Assembly: GCA_963790215.1 (NCBI GenBank)
Contig: CAWBNS010000013.1
Coordinates: 54,000-117,999, forward strand
DNA length: 64,000 nucleotides
Reading direction: 5' to 3'
Origin: an uncultured Chlamydiae bacterium
Lineage (GTDB): Bacteria; Chlamydiota; Chlamydiia; Chlamydiales; JAJFMA01
Below the pieces are notes generated by a model, which did no database searches, had not been told where the DNA came from, and was given only the letters and a program-made list of their open reading frames with translations. This document shows positions 43,269 through 53,253 of the stretch, piece by piece. Within the stretch, counting starts at the first letter, position 1, and every line of letters starts with the position of its first letter. A program made the position numbers and the translations under genes.

Positions 43269-43973
43269 ATGAACGTTAACAATAACAATCCACAATACGC
43301 TCCATCAATGAATAATTCGGACTTCTATAAACATGCTTTAACACTACGAAAAGGGCTTGAAGACCGTGTACTACAACTAGATGGCGTGAAAGACGTTAGT
43401 TTAGTTACTATATCAATTCCCCAAGGTAACAAGGGGGAGGTATCTCTCATGGTTGTTGCATCGAGTAATGTTAACGCAGTGTATCTAGAATCGAAAAAGG
43501 ACCGTCAAACCATTCACAAACTTAAAATTGACTTTACATATTCCGATCAAGTTAAGATAACTAAATCTGTACCAGGAAGTAACAAGGTAGCTGAATATGT
43601 TTCTTTATCTGAAAGATGGGAAAATCGATTACTAGCAGCCTCTGAATTTGTTGAAGAAAGCAAAATATTTATCGTAGATTATTCTAGTTTGATTTCAAAA
43701 TTAACTGACTGCTTACTTAAATTCGACTATCAAAGTGAAAATTATTTCATAGAAAAACCCGATCCATCAAGTAATGGATTACTTGTGACAAAAGTGACTG
43801 AGTTTGGGAAGTCGAAGGGGTTTACCTTGAACCTAACACAGTTTAATCGACTTTCTAGTGATTTGCCCTTAATATATCAGAGCTCAGACCCTAGATCCTC
43901 ACCATACAGCTCCGAACTGTCATCTCAGGAGAAGGGGCTAATCAAGGCGATCAACGATAAATTTCTCTTGTAG
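43269..43973 (+). CDS. Hypothetical protein (AT-rich gene)
   Basis: Long ORF with an Asn-rich N-terminus. No domain recognised. Confidence 0.45.
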   Translation: MNVNNNNPQYAPSMNNSDFYKHALTLRKGLEDRVLQLDGVKDVSLVTISIPQGNKGEVSLMVVASSNVNAVYLESKKDRQTIHKLKIDFTYSDQVKITKSVPGSNKVAEYVSLSERWENRLLAASEFVEESKIFIVDYSSLISKLTDCLLKFDYQSENYFIEKPDPSSNGLLVTKVTEFGKSKGFTLNLTQFNRLSSDLPLIYQSSDPRSSPYSSELSSQEKGLIKAINDKFLL

Positions 43974-44113
43974 TGGGTTTTATCCAGATCGAATGTCAAA
44001 TGCACCGCGTGGGTCTGAGCCCTCGCGGCCCCCCCCTCTCCTATTTTTTGTAGGAATTCTGGTCAAAGCAATCAACTTCTAGCAAAATACCCAGTTGACA
44101 AAATTTATCTAAG

Positions 44114-44130
44114 ATGTCAATATTTGACAT
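44114..44130. promoter_or_regulatory. Perfect 17-bp palindrome abutting the toxin start codon (candidate operator)
   Basis: ATGTCAAtatTTGACAT at 44114-44130. A TTGACA hexamer sits at 44095-44100. Confidence 0.45.
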
Positions 44131-44439
44131 ATGAAGAGAACGAAGAAACTACAAGATGTTATGGCATTAGCCAAAAATCTAATGCAAAAAGGAGCCTATG
44201 CGATTAGTGAGCACGCAACACTAAGGCAAGCTCAGCGTTGCTTCACTATTGGAGATATAAAAAACATCATTTATACGGGCTACCACGAGAAAAGAAAAGA
44301 CGAGTATAAAGACGAGCATGCCGATTGGAATTATGCAATCAGAGGGCAAACTCTAGATGATGAACAGGCTAGAGTCTGCATTGCCTTTATTGAAGAAAGT
44401 CATTTAATCGTGATCACCATAATTCGATTGGAGGTTTAG
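44131..44439 (+). CDS. DUF4258-like toxin-type small protein
   Basis: YAISEHATLRQAQRCFTIGDIKNIIYTGY resembles the DUF4258 N-terminal pattern. It lies 1 nt upstream of an HTH gene. Confidence 0.5.
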   Translation: MKRTKKLQDVMALAKNLMQKGAYAISEHATLRQAQRCFTIGDIKNIIYTGYHEKRKDEYKDEHADWNYAIRGQTLDDEQARVCIAFIEESHLIVITIIRLEV

Positions 44440-44440
44440 A

Positions 44441-44857
44441 ATGAAAAAAATAAAATATAACGGATTGGGTTTTCCAATGAATTTGACGGGCGTGAAAACT
44501 CGTGAATTTCGCGGAGAGACCCTACCCGATATCAATCACCGAGAACTCGAAGACCAAGTGTTTAAGACTCTTCTGTGGCTTCCTGCTCATTTTTCAGGAG
44601 CACATCTCTCTTTTGTTCGAGGTTACATGGGATTATCTCAAAAAAAATTAGCCACACTATTGAGATTAAAAACTCACGCCACAATTTCAGGATGGGAACG
44701 CAAAGACAACAGAGCTACAGGAATGCCGGGAACAACTGAGGTAGTAATCCGATTAGTTATGGCCGAGTTCATTAAAGAAGACTGCTTTGCCTCACATTTC
44801 AGAGAATTTCTGGAAGTCACTCATCCTCCAAAAAACCTGGAAATGAAAGTGGCTTGA
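44441..44857 (+). CDS. HTH (XRE/MqsA-like) putative antitoxin
   Basis: RGYMGLSQKKLATLLRLKTHATISGWERKDN. Confidence 0.5.
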   Translation: MKKIKYNGLGFPMNLTGVKTREFRGETLPDINHRELEDQVFKTLLWLPAHFSGAHLSFVRGYMGLSQKKLATLLRLKTHATISGWERKDNRATGMPGTTEVVIRLVMAEFIKEDCFASHFREFLEVTHPPKNLEMKVA

Positions 44858-44923
44858 TTAAGCAACGAATTTGAACTGCCTCCATACTAAAAAAATTATT
44901 GACTGCATAGTCCTCCTCTCGCT

Positions 44924-45304
44924 ATGAACGCAACAGGGGGACCTGCTGTGTCGGACTTTTTCTCTGTGTATGTCTACTTTGGTTTAGTTGCGTTCATCAC
45001 AGCTGTCACGCTGCTGTTATCGAACCTTATTTCGTCCAAGAAGATGGTCAAAGAGAAGTATATGCCTTACGAATCAGGCATCCGTACGCAGACGCATCTT
45101 CTTCAACAGCGTTTTCCCCTTCGGCACTATCTGGTTGCGTTGATTTTTTTGATCTTCGACATTGAGGTGATTTTTCTTTATCCCTGGGCTGTGGTAGGAA
45201 AAGATATCGGCGCCTTCGCTTTTTATGAGATGGCGTTCTTTCTCGTCGCGCTACTTGTTGGATTCGCCTACGTATGGCGCAAAGGAGGACTGCAGTGGGA
45301 ATGA
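44924..45304 (+). CDS. nuoA: NADH-quinone oxidoreductase subunit A
   Basis: [21 protein letters not shown]. Confidence 0.9.
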   Translation: MNATGGPAVSDFFSVYVYFGLVAFITAVTLLLSNLISSKKMVKEKYMPYESGIRTQTHLLQQRFPLRHYLVALIFLIFDIEVIFLYPWAVVGKDIGAFAFYEMAFFLVALLVGFAYVWRKGGLQWE

Positions 45305-45759
45305 CTCCGAAAGAGAAAACTCCATTTCTCTATGGTCCGTTAGATAAGCTCATCAGATGGGCACAAGAAAGTTCTCTTTGGCCGGCGCAGTTTGGTTTGG
45401 CTTGTTGTGCGATTGAGATGATGTCTACGGCTGCCAGTCGTTATGATATGTCTCGTTTTGGGATGGAGGTCTACCGCGCATCACCTCGCCAAAGCGATGT
45501 GATGATCGTTGCTGGCCGCGTCAGTCAAAAGATGGCTCCTGTCTTGCAAATGGTCTACGACCAGATGCTTGATCCTAAGTGGGTGGTCTCCATGGGCGAC
45601 TGCGCTTCCTGCGGAGGCGTATTCAACAACTACGCTGTCGTGCCTGTTGATCAACTTGTTCCTGTCGATGTGTACATCGCCGGTTGTCCTCCCCGTCCAG
45701 AAGCACTCCTGCACGGTCTCATGGCGCTTCAAGAGAAGGTCAAACATGCACCCCGTTGA
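45301..45759 (+). CDS. nuoB: NADH-quinone oxidoreductase subunit B
   Basis: Motifs [14 protein letters not shown] and GCPPRPE. The ATG at 45301 overlaps the nuoA stop (ATGA). Confidence 0.9.
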   Translation: MTPKEKTPFLYGPLDKLIRWAQESSLWPAQFGLACCAIEMMSTAASRYDMSRFGMEVYRASPRQSDVMIVAGRVSQKMAPVLQMVYDQMLDPKWVVSMGDCASCGGVFNNYAVVPVDQLVPVDVYIAGCPPRPEALLHGLMALQEKVKHAPR

Positions 45760-46261
45760 ACAGCTGAAATCACAACTCCCCAACGCAATCCTCGACGAAG
45801 TTGTCTTCGCCGGTGAAACGAGTTTGCAAATTCGAACCTCGCAATTAAAAGAGGTGCTTCGGTTGCTTCAGCCATCCTATCAGGTACTCATGGATCTGAC
45901 TGGTGTCGATTTCCTAGAACCGGAAGTACGCACAAAAATCGTTTACTGGCTGCATGATCCCACCTCCCTAGAGCGCTTACGCGTTTTCATTTATGTCGCA
46001 CGTGGAGAGGTTATCCCCTCTGTAACAGGCATCTGGGAAGGTTGTAACTGGTACGAGAGAGAATTGTACGATTTGTTCGGTGTGCATTTTGAAGGCCACC
46101 CAGATATGAAACGTATCTTGATGCCTGACGATTGGAAAGGGCATCCGCTACAGCGGGACTATCCGTTGACTGAAGTGCCCGTAGAATTTAAACACGGTGT
46201 AAAACCTAAAGTACCATCGGAAATTATTCCTTATGTCCAGGCTGACCGCACAAGAACTTGA
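45746..46261 (+). CDS. nuoC: NADH-quinone oxidoreductase subunit C
   Basis: [25 protein letters not shown]. The true start is ATG 45746; the listed 45509 start runs through nuoB out of frame. Confidence 0.9.
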   Translation: MHPVEQLKSQLPNAILDEVVFAGETSLQIRTSQLKEVLRLLQPSYQVLMDLTGVDFLEPEVRTKIVYWLHDPTSLERLRVFIYVARGEVIPSVTGIWEGCNWYERELYDLFGVHFEGHPDMKRILMPDDWKGHPLQRDYPLTEVPVEFKHGVKPKVPSEIIPYVQADRTRT

Positions 46262-47441
46262 AGAGCTCGCTAAGTCTGGCGATGTGATGGAGCTCAATCT
46301 TGGGCCTCAGCACCCGTCTACGCATGGCGTTTTAAGAATTAAACTTCGCCTTGAAGGCGAAATTGTGATCTCTGCCGAACCTGTAATTGGATACTTGCAT
46401 ACCGGCATCGAGAAAACTTGCGAAACACGTACTTACCATCAAGTCTTCACTCTCGTCGACCGCATCGACTATCTCTCAGGTCCAGCAGAAGAGCAGGCCT
46501 ACGCTGGAGCGGTTGAGCGACTCATGAACCTCGAAGTTCCTCAGCGCGCACAAACGATACGAATCATCGTCTTGGAGCTGTCTCGTATTGAAAGCCATCT
46601 TGTTTGGCTTGGGACGAGCGCGCTCGAACTCAATATGTCCTCTGTGTTCATGTATTGCATGGCCGAGCGCGAAAAGATTTTGGACCTGTTCGAAGGGTGG
46701 TCGGGAGCGCGCATGTTTCCCTCTTTTTGGCGTATCGGAGGGATTGCTAAGGATCTCAATCCGGAATTCGAAGACGATTGCCGAGCGTTTTTGAAAGCCT
46801 TTCCGAGCACGCTGAAGGATCTCAATAACCTTTTGATGGACAATTATGTTTGGGTTGAGCGTCTGCAAGGAATTGCGTTGATTGACGAAGAAACGTGCAA
46901 ACAGTACGCCTGCACAGGACCCATTTTAAGAGCTGCTGGCGTTGCTTACGATATCAGAAAGGCCTACCCCTACCTCGGCTATGAAAACTACAACTTCGAC
47001 GTTCCTACACGCACTGAGGGCGATTCTTATGCACGCTATCTAGTACGCATGGACGAGATCGAACAAAGTCTCTCCATTATCGATCAAGCACTCTCAAAAT
47101 TAGCCCCTGGGCCGATCATCACCAGTGACCGCAAAGCGGCCTTGCCACCGCGGCCGGAGCTTGCCCGTAGCATGGAAGCGGTGATTCATCAGTTCAAGCT
47201 TGTCAGTGAAGGGTTACACCCACCTGTAGGGGAAGTGTACAACTGCGTGGAATCGGCACGTGGGGAGATCGGTCATTATTTAGTCAGCGATGGCAGCAAC
47301 CGCCCCTATCGTTTGCGCGTGCGTTCGCCCTCGTTCCCACATGTGCATGTATTGCAAAAGGTCTTGCCTGGCTATATGCTGTCAGACGTCGTCGTCGCGA
47401 TTGCCAGCGTAGACCCTATTCTGGGAGATGTAGATCGCTGA
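46233..47441 (+). CDS. nuoD: NADH-quinone oxidoreductase subunit D
   Basis: LNLGPQHPSTHGVLR and a C-terminal DVDR. Confidence 0.9.
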   Translation: MSRLTAQELEELAKSGDVMELNLGPQHPSTHGVLRIKLRLEGEIVISAEPVIGYLHTGIEKTCETRTYHQVFTLVDRIDYLSGPAEEQAYAGAVERLMNLEVPQRAQTIRIIVLELSRIESHLVWLGTSALELNMSSVFMYCMAEREKILDLFEGWSGARMFPSFWRIGGIAKDLNPEFEDDCRAFLKAFPSTLKDLNNLLMDNYVWVERLQGIALIDEETCKQYACTGPILRAAGVAYDIRKAYPYLGYENYNFDVPTRTEGDSYARYLVRMDEIEQSLSIIDQALSKLAPGPIITSDRKAALPPRPELARSMEAVIHQFKLVSEGLHPPVGEVYNCVESARGEIGHYLVSDGSNRPYRLRVRSPSFPHVHVLQKVLPGYMLSDVVVAIASVDPILGDVDR

Positions 47442-47908
47442 TGCTTACGGATAAAACACGACAAGCCATTCTCGAATTGCAGAAAAAATATCCACAAAAA
47501 CGTTCTGCACTGATTCCTGCGCTGCATATCGCACAAACTGAAGTCGGCTACCTTCCAGCAGAAACACAGGAAGAGGTCGCCGAGCTGTTCGATATCGATC
47601 CAAATGAGGTCAACTCGGTCGTCAGTTTCTATGATATGTTTCACGAAAAACCCGTCGGAAAACATATTCTGCATGTATGCAAAAATGTTTCGTGCATGCT
47701 CCGAGGTGGAGATGAGCTGCTGGGAAAAATTTGTCAGCACCTTCAGGTCAAACCCGGAGAAACGACCGTTGATGGTCAATTCACCGTTATCCCGTCAGAA
47801 TGCCTCGCCGCCTGCGACCGAGCACCTATGATGATCGTTGATGATAAAGTCGTCGGCCCCATCGAAGAAAGCGATGTCGAAAAGATTCTGAAGGAGGTGG
47901 GAAAATGA
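47441..47908 (+). CDS. nuoE: NADH-quinone oxidoreductase subunit E
   Basis: 2Fe-2S cysteines: CKNVSC..C..CLAACDRAP. Confidence 0.9.
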   Translation: MLTDKTRQAILELQKKYPQKRSALIPALHIAQTEVGYLPAETQEEVAELFDIDPNEVNSVVSFYDMFHEKPVGKHILHVCKNVSCMLRGGDELLGKICQHLQVKPGETTVDGQFTVIPSECLAACDRAPMMIVDDKVVGPIEESDVEKILKEVGK

Positions 47909-47916
47909 GGTTTGTA

Positions 47917-47997
47917 AAAGGACAGCAGGGACGACAGGGACATCAGGGACTATGTGCGACGTCCTTGCAGTCCCTGATGTCCCTGCAGTCCCTTTTG
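47917..47997. repeat. Hairpin element (CAGGGAC units) in the nuoE-nuoF spacer
   Basis: cagggacatcagggact (47935-47951) pairs with agtccctgatgtccctg (47969-47985). Outer arms are imperfect: aaaaggac / gtcccttt. Confidence 0.75.
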
Positions 47998-48007
47998 GAG
48001 GTCTCCT

Positions 48008-49273
48008 ATGCCTGAGCAACGCATATTGATGGCCTTTATGGACAATGACGATCAGCGCAATGTCTCCACCTATGAAAAAAACGGCGGCTATCAGGCCATC
48101 AAAAAAGCCATCCCTGCTATAGCTCCAGCGACTCTAATCGATATGGTGAAACAATCCGGCTTGCGCGGCAGGGGTGGTGCTGGTTTTCCTACAGGGATGA
48201 AATGGGGCTTTGTCCCGCAGACGATTTCTCCGCGTTATCTGGTCTGTAACTGCGACGAAAGCGAACCGGGCACTTTCAAGGACCGACTCATCATTGAGCG
48301 CGATCCACACCAGCTCATCGAAGGGATGATTCTCGCCAGCTACGCGATCGGTGCAGAAAAGGCCTTCATCTACTGCCGTGGAGAGTTTTTTGAAGGGTTA
48401 GAAATCCTACAAAAAGCAGTCGACCAAGCAAAAGAAAAAGGTCATCTGGGCAAATTGGACATCATCGTGCATCCAGGCGCTGGCGCCTACATCGCCGGAG
48501 AAGAAACCGCACTGCTAAATTCCCTCGAAGGGTTCCGCGCTACACCACGACTTAAACCACCTTTTCCGGCTGTAGCAGGCCTGTATAGCAAACCTACTGT
48601 TGTCAATAACGTAGAAACGCTCTGCAATGTCGTACATATCGTAAATCGTGGCGTAGAGTGGTTCCTAACTATTGGCAAACCAAAAAATACCGGAACTAAA
48701 ATCTACCAAGTCAGTGGTCACGTGCAAAAGCCGGGATGCTATGAATTTCCCCTTGGAATATCTCTACGAGACCTTTTAGAAACTGCAGGTGGGATGCGCC
48801 ATGGACGTACATTCAAAGCCTGTTATCCTGGTGGTTCTTCCTGCTCGCTGCTCACCGACTTAGATGCAGCCATGGATTTCGAGTCCCTAGCGACGTATAA
48901 AACCGCACTAGGTACTGCCTCGGTTATTGTGATGGACGATTCGGCCGATATGGTTAAAGTGGCCAATCGTCTGATGCAGTTTTATCAAAACGAATCCTGC
49001 GGTAAATGCACACCTTGCCGTGAGGGTACGCGCTGGATCACACAAATGCTTACACGCATCGAAAATGGTGGAGGAACCTACCAAGATTTAGATGTAATCC
49101 TCGACGCCTGCCGTGAGATGGCTGCCAACTCATTCTGTCCGCTCGCCGTTGGCGCAGCACCGCCTGTCGTCAGCGCCATCCAGCTATTTCGAAGCGAATT
49201 CGAAGCCTACATTCGACGCAATCCCAATGCAGAAGGACATCCACAAATGAAGGTAGCGTATCCATATGCTTAG
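48008..49273 (+). CDS. nuoF: NADH-quinone oxidoreductase subunit F
   Basis: Motifs GRGGAGFPTGMKW and ESCGKCTPCREG. Confidence 0.9.
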   Translation: MPEQRILMAFMDNDDQRNVSTYEKNGGYQAIKKAIPAIAPATLIDMVKQSGLRGRGGAGFPTGMKWGFVPQTISPRYLVCNCDESEPGTFKDRLIIERDPHQLIEGMILASYAIGAEKAFIYCRGEFFEGLEILQKAVDQAKEKGHLGKLDIIVHPGAGAYIAGEETALLNSLEGFRATPRLKPPFPAVAGLYSKPTVVNNVETLCNVVHIVNRGVEWFLTIGKPKNTGTKIYQVSGHVQKPGCYEFPLGISLRDLLETAGGMRHGRTFKACYPGGSSCSLLTDLDAAMDFESLATYKTALGTASVIVMDDSADMVKVANRLMQFYQNESCGKCTPCREGTRWITQMLTRIENGGGTYQDLDVILDACREMAANSFCPLAVGAAPPVVSAIQLFRSEFEAYIRRNPNAEGHPQMKVAYPYA

Positions 49274-49289
49274 TACAAAGATAGAAATT

Positions 49290-49395
49290 AAAAAAAATCA
49301 GGATAAGCAGGGTCGCAAGCGGCAGGATAGGCAGGATAAAGTTTTTTATCCTGCCTATCCTGCCGCTTGCGACCCTGCTTATCCTGATTTTTTTT
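49290..49395. repeat. Perfect 51-bp-stem hairpin (CAGGAT units) flanked by A8 and T8, in the nuoF-nuoG spacer
   Basis: aaaaaaaatcaggataagcagggtcgcaagcggcaggataggcaggataaa, a gttt loop, then the exact reverse complement. Confidence 0.9.
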
Positions 49396-49468
49396 ACACA
49401 ACTCATCTTCTTCTTAAAAGTTTTATTGTTTTTCGTGTTTTTGTGTTTAAGAAAATGGCAGGTCTCAT

Positions 49469-51652
49469 ATGACGCAGGAACTGGAACTGATCCAATTCAC
49501 TATCGACGGTCAGTCACTCACTGTTCCTAAGGGAACCACCGTCTATAATGCCGCTCGAAGTCTGAATATCGACATTCCTATCTTTTGCTATCACGACCGC
49601 ATGCCGCCATTTGGCGCCTGCCGCATGTGCTTGGTTGAGGTAGAAAAAATGCCCAAGCTGCAAACCTCCTGCACGCTCGAAGCGACCGAAGGCATGATCG
49701 TTCACACACAGGCTGAAAATGCCGTCAAAGGACGAGAAGGCATCCTAGAGTTTCTGCTCATCAACCACCCTCTAGATTGCCCCATCTGCGATCGCGGTGG
49801 AGAGTGCCCCTTACAAGACCAGACAGTCAAATTTGGGCCCGGAAACAGCCGTTTCTACGAAGAAAAGCGTCACTTTAAAAAGCCGATTCCCCTAGGGCCT
49901 GTTTTGATGCTCGATCGTGAACGCTGCATCGTCTGTGCACGCTGCACACGCTTTGGAGACGTTGTCGCAGGCGACCACGCCCTAGAATTCATCGACCGCG
50001 GATTTAAGACAGAAGTGGGCACACCCGACGGTGGGCCAGCCGATTCCAAATTCATCGGAAACACCATCATGATCTGCCCTGTGGGGGCGCTCACCAGTAA
50101 CGTGTATCGCTTCCGCGCACGTCCATGGGACAACAAACATACACCAACAACTTGTCCGTTGTGTCCAGTGGGCTGCAGCATGATCCTCGACGAACGCGAC
50201 GGTGAAATCATGCGTACACGCTCGCATGAAAACAAAGCAGTGAACGATGTATGGCTATGCGATAAGGGTTGGTTTGGATATGAATTCTCCTACCATCCTG
50301 ACAGACTAAAAGAACCGCTTATCCGCCGCTCAGGTACTTTACAGCCTGCATCCTGGGAAGAAGCACTGACACTTGTCGCACAAAAAATGCAACAAGCCGA
50401 GACCGTCGCAGCATGGGGCGGAAACAACCTCACCGCAGAAGAAAATGTGCTGCTGCAAGATCTCATACGCAACGGTGTAGGAAGCAATAACGTCGATCAT
50501 CGTGTCGGTCAACCCATTCTACCACTAGCTGAAGAAGGAATCCCCCCAGGCATGGAGATGTCCATCGGCGCTTGCGAAGAACTCTCCTTCGCTCTGCTTC
50601 TAGGCCTAGATATCACCGAAGAATTTCCCGTCGTATGGCTGCGTTTAAAGCAAGCCATCAACCGCGGTGCAGAGATCACCTACATCGGACATTACGCACC
50701 TGAAATCGCACCGCACCTCGCCAAAACCGTCGTACATGCACCTGGGGATGAACTCGAAATCATAAAGAAGCAAATCAATGCACTTCCTAATAAAAAGGGA
50801 GCGATCTTCATCGGGTCGCAGTACCTCGCCTCACCTCATCGTCGAGCCATTTTAGCCGAACTTAAAAAGCTCGATCTACCGTTAAATATCATGGAAGGCC
50901 GTGAAAATAGCATGGGGGCACGGATGGCGGGAATGCATCCAGAAATGGGCGCACAACCAGGTTTAAGCATTCTTCAAGTTTTAGAAGCATCAACATGGGA
51001 TTTCCTCTATGTTGTCGGAGCTAACCCTGCGCAACTACCTAAGGTTAATTTCTTAGTCGTGCAGGATCTGTTTCTTACACCCGCAGCCCAACAAGCTGAT
51101 GTAGTTCTTCCTACACTCTGTTTTGTAGAAAAAGAAGGTTCCTTCATCAACATCGAAGGCCGTATACAGCAAATACGTCCAGGAAAACCTCGCCCAGAAA
51201 ATCTCATGAGTGATGCAGAGATTTTCCGGCGCCTTGCAGAGAAAATCCAATTCACACTGACAGAAACAGAAATCGAATCGTTGCAACTACAACGACCCAA
51301 AGAAATTTCCACGAGAAGCTCCCCACGCATAGCGCAAAATGGTTCTCTTGCGGCTACTTTCGCGCCTGCATTATTCAACGGTGGCCAGCGCATGCAACAT
51401 AATCCACATGTAACGCAACTGGTAAAAGAACCGCGACTCAGACTGCACCCTACAGATGGTTTAAAACGAGGATTGCAAGATGGTGATGTTGCTACGATAA
51501 CCGCAAATGGAAATTCTCTGTCAGCAAAAGTAAAACTCGATTCTAAAGTGGCCAGCGGATGCATCGTGCTTCCGCTAGGCTTTGACGAAGTACCCGTTCA
51601 TAAACTGAGCCAAAATCTGATCAACGGGTTTCCAGTCGAGGTGCGAAAATGA
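49469..51652 (+). CDS. nuoG: NADH-quinone oxidoreductase subunit G
   Basis: Motifs CYHDRMPPFGACRMC, HPLDCPICDRGGECPLQD and CIVCARCTRF. Confidence 0.9.
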   Translation: MTQELELIQFTIDGQSLTVPKGTTVYNAARSLNIDIPIFCYHDRMPPFGACRMCLVEVEKMPKLQTSCTLEATEGMIVHTQAENAVKGREGILEFLLINHPLDCPICDRGGECPLQDQTVKFGPGNSRFYEEKRHFKKPIPLGPVLMLDRERCIVCARCTRFGDVVAGDHALEFIDRGFKTEVGTPDGGPADSKFIGNTIMICPVGALTSNVYRFRARPWDNKHTPTTCPLCPVGCSMILDERDGEIMRTRSHENKAVNDVWLCDKGWFGYEFSYHPDRLKEPLIRRSGTLQPASWEEALTLVAQKMQQAETVAAWGGNNLTAEENVLLQDLIRNGVGSNNVDHRVGQPILPLAEEGIPPGMEMSIGACEELSFALLLGLDITEEFPVVWLRLKQAINRGAEITYIGHYAPEIAPHLAKTVVHAPGDELEIIKKQINALPNKKGAIFIGSQYLASPHRRAILAELKKLDLPLNIMEGRENSMGARMAGMHPEMGAQPGLSILQVLEASTWDFLYVVGANPAQLPKVNFLVVQDLFLTPAAQQADVVLPTLCFVEKEGSFINIEGRIQQIRPGKPRPENLMSDAEIFRRLAEKIQFTLTETEIESLQLQRPKEISTRSSPRIAQNGSLAATFAPALFNGGQRMQHNPHVTQLVKEPRLRLHPTDGLKRGLQDGDVATITANGNSLSAKVKLDSKVASGCIVLPLGFDEVPVHKLSQNLINGFPVEVRK

Positions 51653-51658
51653 GATACG

Positions 51659-51761
51659 CCTTGGAGTGCGGTGACTTGTTTGTCAACATAGGCGCTTTGC
51701 GCCATTTCAGAGACTTATGTTTTAGGATAACAAGTCGCCGCACTCCAAAGCGCTTCGCGCC
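51659..51761. repeat. Hairpin element of the TTGGAGTGCGG family in the nuoG-nuoH spacer
   Basis: ccttggagtgcggtgacttgtt pairs with aacaagtcgccgcactccaaag. It is followed by cgcttcgcgcc, which shares a 16-mer with 29768 in the opposite orientation. Confidence 0.8.
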
Positions 51762-51800
51762 GGTATTCTTAAATTTCCATAAGATGAGGGCCTCTTTCCC

Positions 51801-52778
51801 ATGCTAGAAGCCATATTAGGAGTTCTCCTCAAAGGCATCATCACGATTCTTATTCTCATGGGCTTTGCTGCCTATATGACACTGCTAGAGCGCGTGCTTA
51901 TGGCTCGCATGCAACTGCGCCTCGGACCCAATCGCGTCGGCCCTTGGGGCCTTTTACAACCCATTGCCGACGGGATTAAACTGGTCAACAAAGAACGATT
52001 CCAACCCGCTGGCGTCGCCAAATTCACCTATTGGCTGGCTCCAAGCATTTCACTTTTTATCGCTCTCTTTATCTTTGTTCTCATTCCCGTAGGGCCTCCA
52101 GTAACTCTATTCGGGCATGAAGTGCGTTTACAAATCGCAGACGTCAATGCAGGCATCGTCTTTCTACTCGCATTTTCTTCCCTTGCCGTCTACGGAGTCG
52201 TCTTAGCTGGTTGGTCCTCAAACAACCGCTACTCACTTCTTGGTGGACTACGCGGAACCGCCCAGCTCATCAGCTACGAAGTGCCTATGGGCCTATCCCT
52301 GCTCACAGTGGTTCTAGCAGCAGGCACGCTCAGTCTATCCGAAATCGTCGAAGCACAGCGCAACCATTGGTTTATCTGGTCTAATCCCATCAGTTTCCTC
52401 ATCTATCTCATCACCGCGTTCGCCGAGACAAACCGTGCCCCATTTGACCTTCCTGAAGCCGAACACGAGCTTACAGGCGGCTATCACACAGAATACGGCG
52501 GTCTCAAATTCGCCATCTTTTTTCTAGCCGAATACGTTAACATCCTCGCGGTCTCTTCCATTGCGGTAACGCTATTTATGGGTGGATGGCTCGGACCGGG
52601 CGATCTTCCTGTAATCTGGTTCCTAGCTAAATTAGCCGTCTTCGTCTTCTTCTTTATGTGGGTGCGCGCAACCATGGCGCGGTTTCGTTATGACCAACTC
52701 ATGAACTTCGGCTGGAAGGTGTTAGTTCCCTTAGCAACCCTGAATTTAATCGTAACTGCTTACTTTACTTTGGTGTGA
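51801..52778 (+). CDS. nuoH: NADH-quinone oxidoreductase subunit H
   Basis: [17 protein letters not shown] and [14 protein letters not shown]. Confidence 0.9.
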   Translation: MLEAILGVLLKGIITILILMGFAAYMTLLERVLMARMQLRLGPNRVGPWGLLQPIADGIKLVNKERFQPAGVAKFTYWLAPSISLFIALFIFVLIPVGPPVTLFGHEVRLQIADVNAGIVFLLAFSSLAVYGVVLAGWSSNNRYSLLGGLRGTAQLISYEVPMGLSLLTVVLAAGTLSLSEIVEAQRNHWFIWSNPISFLIYLITAFAETNRAPFDLPEAEHELTGGYHTEYGGLKFAIFFLAEYVNILAVSSIAVTLFMGGWLGPGDLPVIWFLAKLAVFVFFFMWVRATMARFRYDQLMNFGWKVLVPLATLNLIVTAYFTLV

Positions 52779-52779
52779 A

Positions 52780-53253
52780 ATGAAACAACAGTTGAAACGA
52801 GTTTGGTCTGTCATTGCCGGTCTTTGGATCGTGCTCAAATACGCCTTCAAAAAGCCAACAACCATCCGGTATCCCGAAGAAAGACGCAAACTACCCGACC
52901 GCTCACGTGGACGCCACTACCTCACCAAATGGGAAGATGGTAAGGAGCGTTGCGTAGGATGCGAACTATGCGCCATCGTTTGCCCTTCACAGGCAATCTA
53001 TGTAAAACCTGCTCAAAATAACCCAGAAGCACCCCATTCACACGGAGAACGCTACGCCGCCGATTTTCAAATCAACATGCTGCGCTGCATCTTCTGCGGT
53101 TACTGCGAAGAAGCATGCCCCACCGGAGCGATCATTCTCGGCAATGAATATGAATTAGCGGGATACGATCGAGAATCTTTGATCTATACCAAAGAGATGC
53201 TCACAGAAGTGCATCCTGGCGACTCCGGACGCGATCCACGGAGAGAAATATGA
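52780..53253 (+). CDS. nuoI: NADH-quinone oxidoreductase subunit I
   Basis: Two 4Fe-4S motifs: CVGCELCAIVCP and CIFCGYCEEACP. Confidence 0.9.
   Translation: MKQQLKRVWSVIAGLWIVLKYAFKKPTTIRYPEERRKLPDRSRGRHYLTKWEDGKERCVGCELCAIVCPSQAIYVKPAQNNPEAPHSHGERYAADFQINMLRCIFCGYCEEACPTGAIILGNEYELAGYDRESLIYTKEMLTEVHPGDSGRDPRREI

Noticed and set aside
44005-44055. The hairpin ccgcgtggg-tctgag-ccctcgcgg after the 43269-43973 gene, considered as an intrinsic terminator.
   Set aside because: The T-run lies about 15 nt from the stem, separated by a C-rich tract, so the geometry is not canonical. It was left unannotated.
44858-44923. A candidate nuo promoter (TTGACT at about 44893).
   Set aside because: No acceptable -10 hexamer lies at 16-18 nt spacing, so there is not enough support to annotate it.
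45509-45745. A long 5' extension of the nuoC ORF that overlaps nuoB.
   Set aside because: It is an out-of-frame shadow of nuoB with no NuoC similarity. Conserved NuoC sequence begins at ATG 45746.
49266-49472. A 68-aa ORF (QDKQGRKRQDRQDK..YPAYPAACDPAYPDFF) between nuoF and nuoG.
   Set aside because: It is a direct translation of the perfect palindrome at 49290-49395. The mirror-image low-complexity peptide has no coding support.
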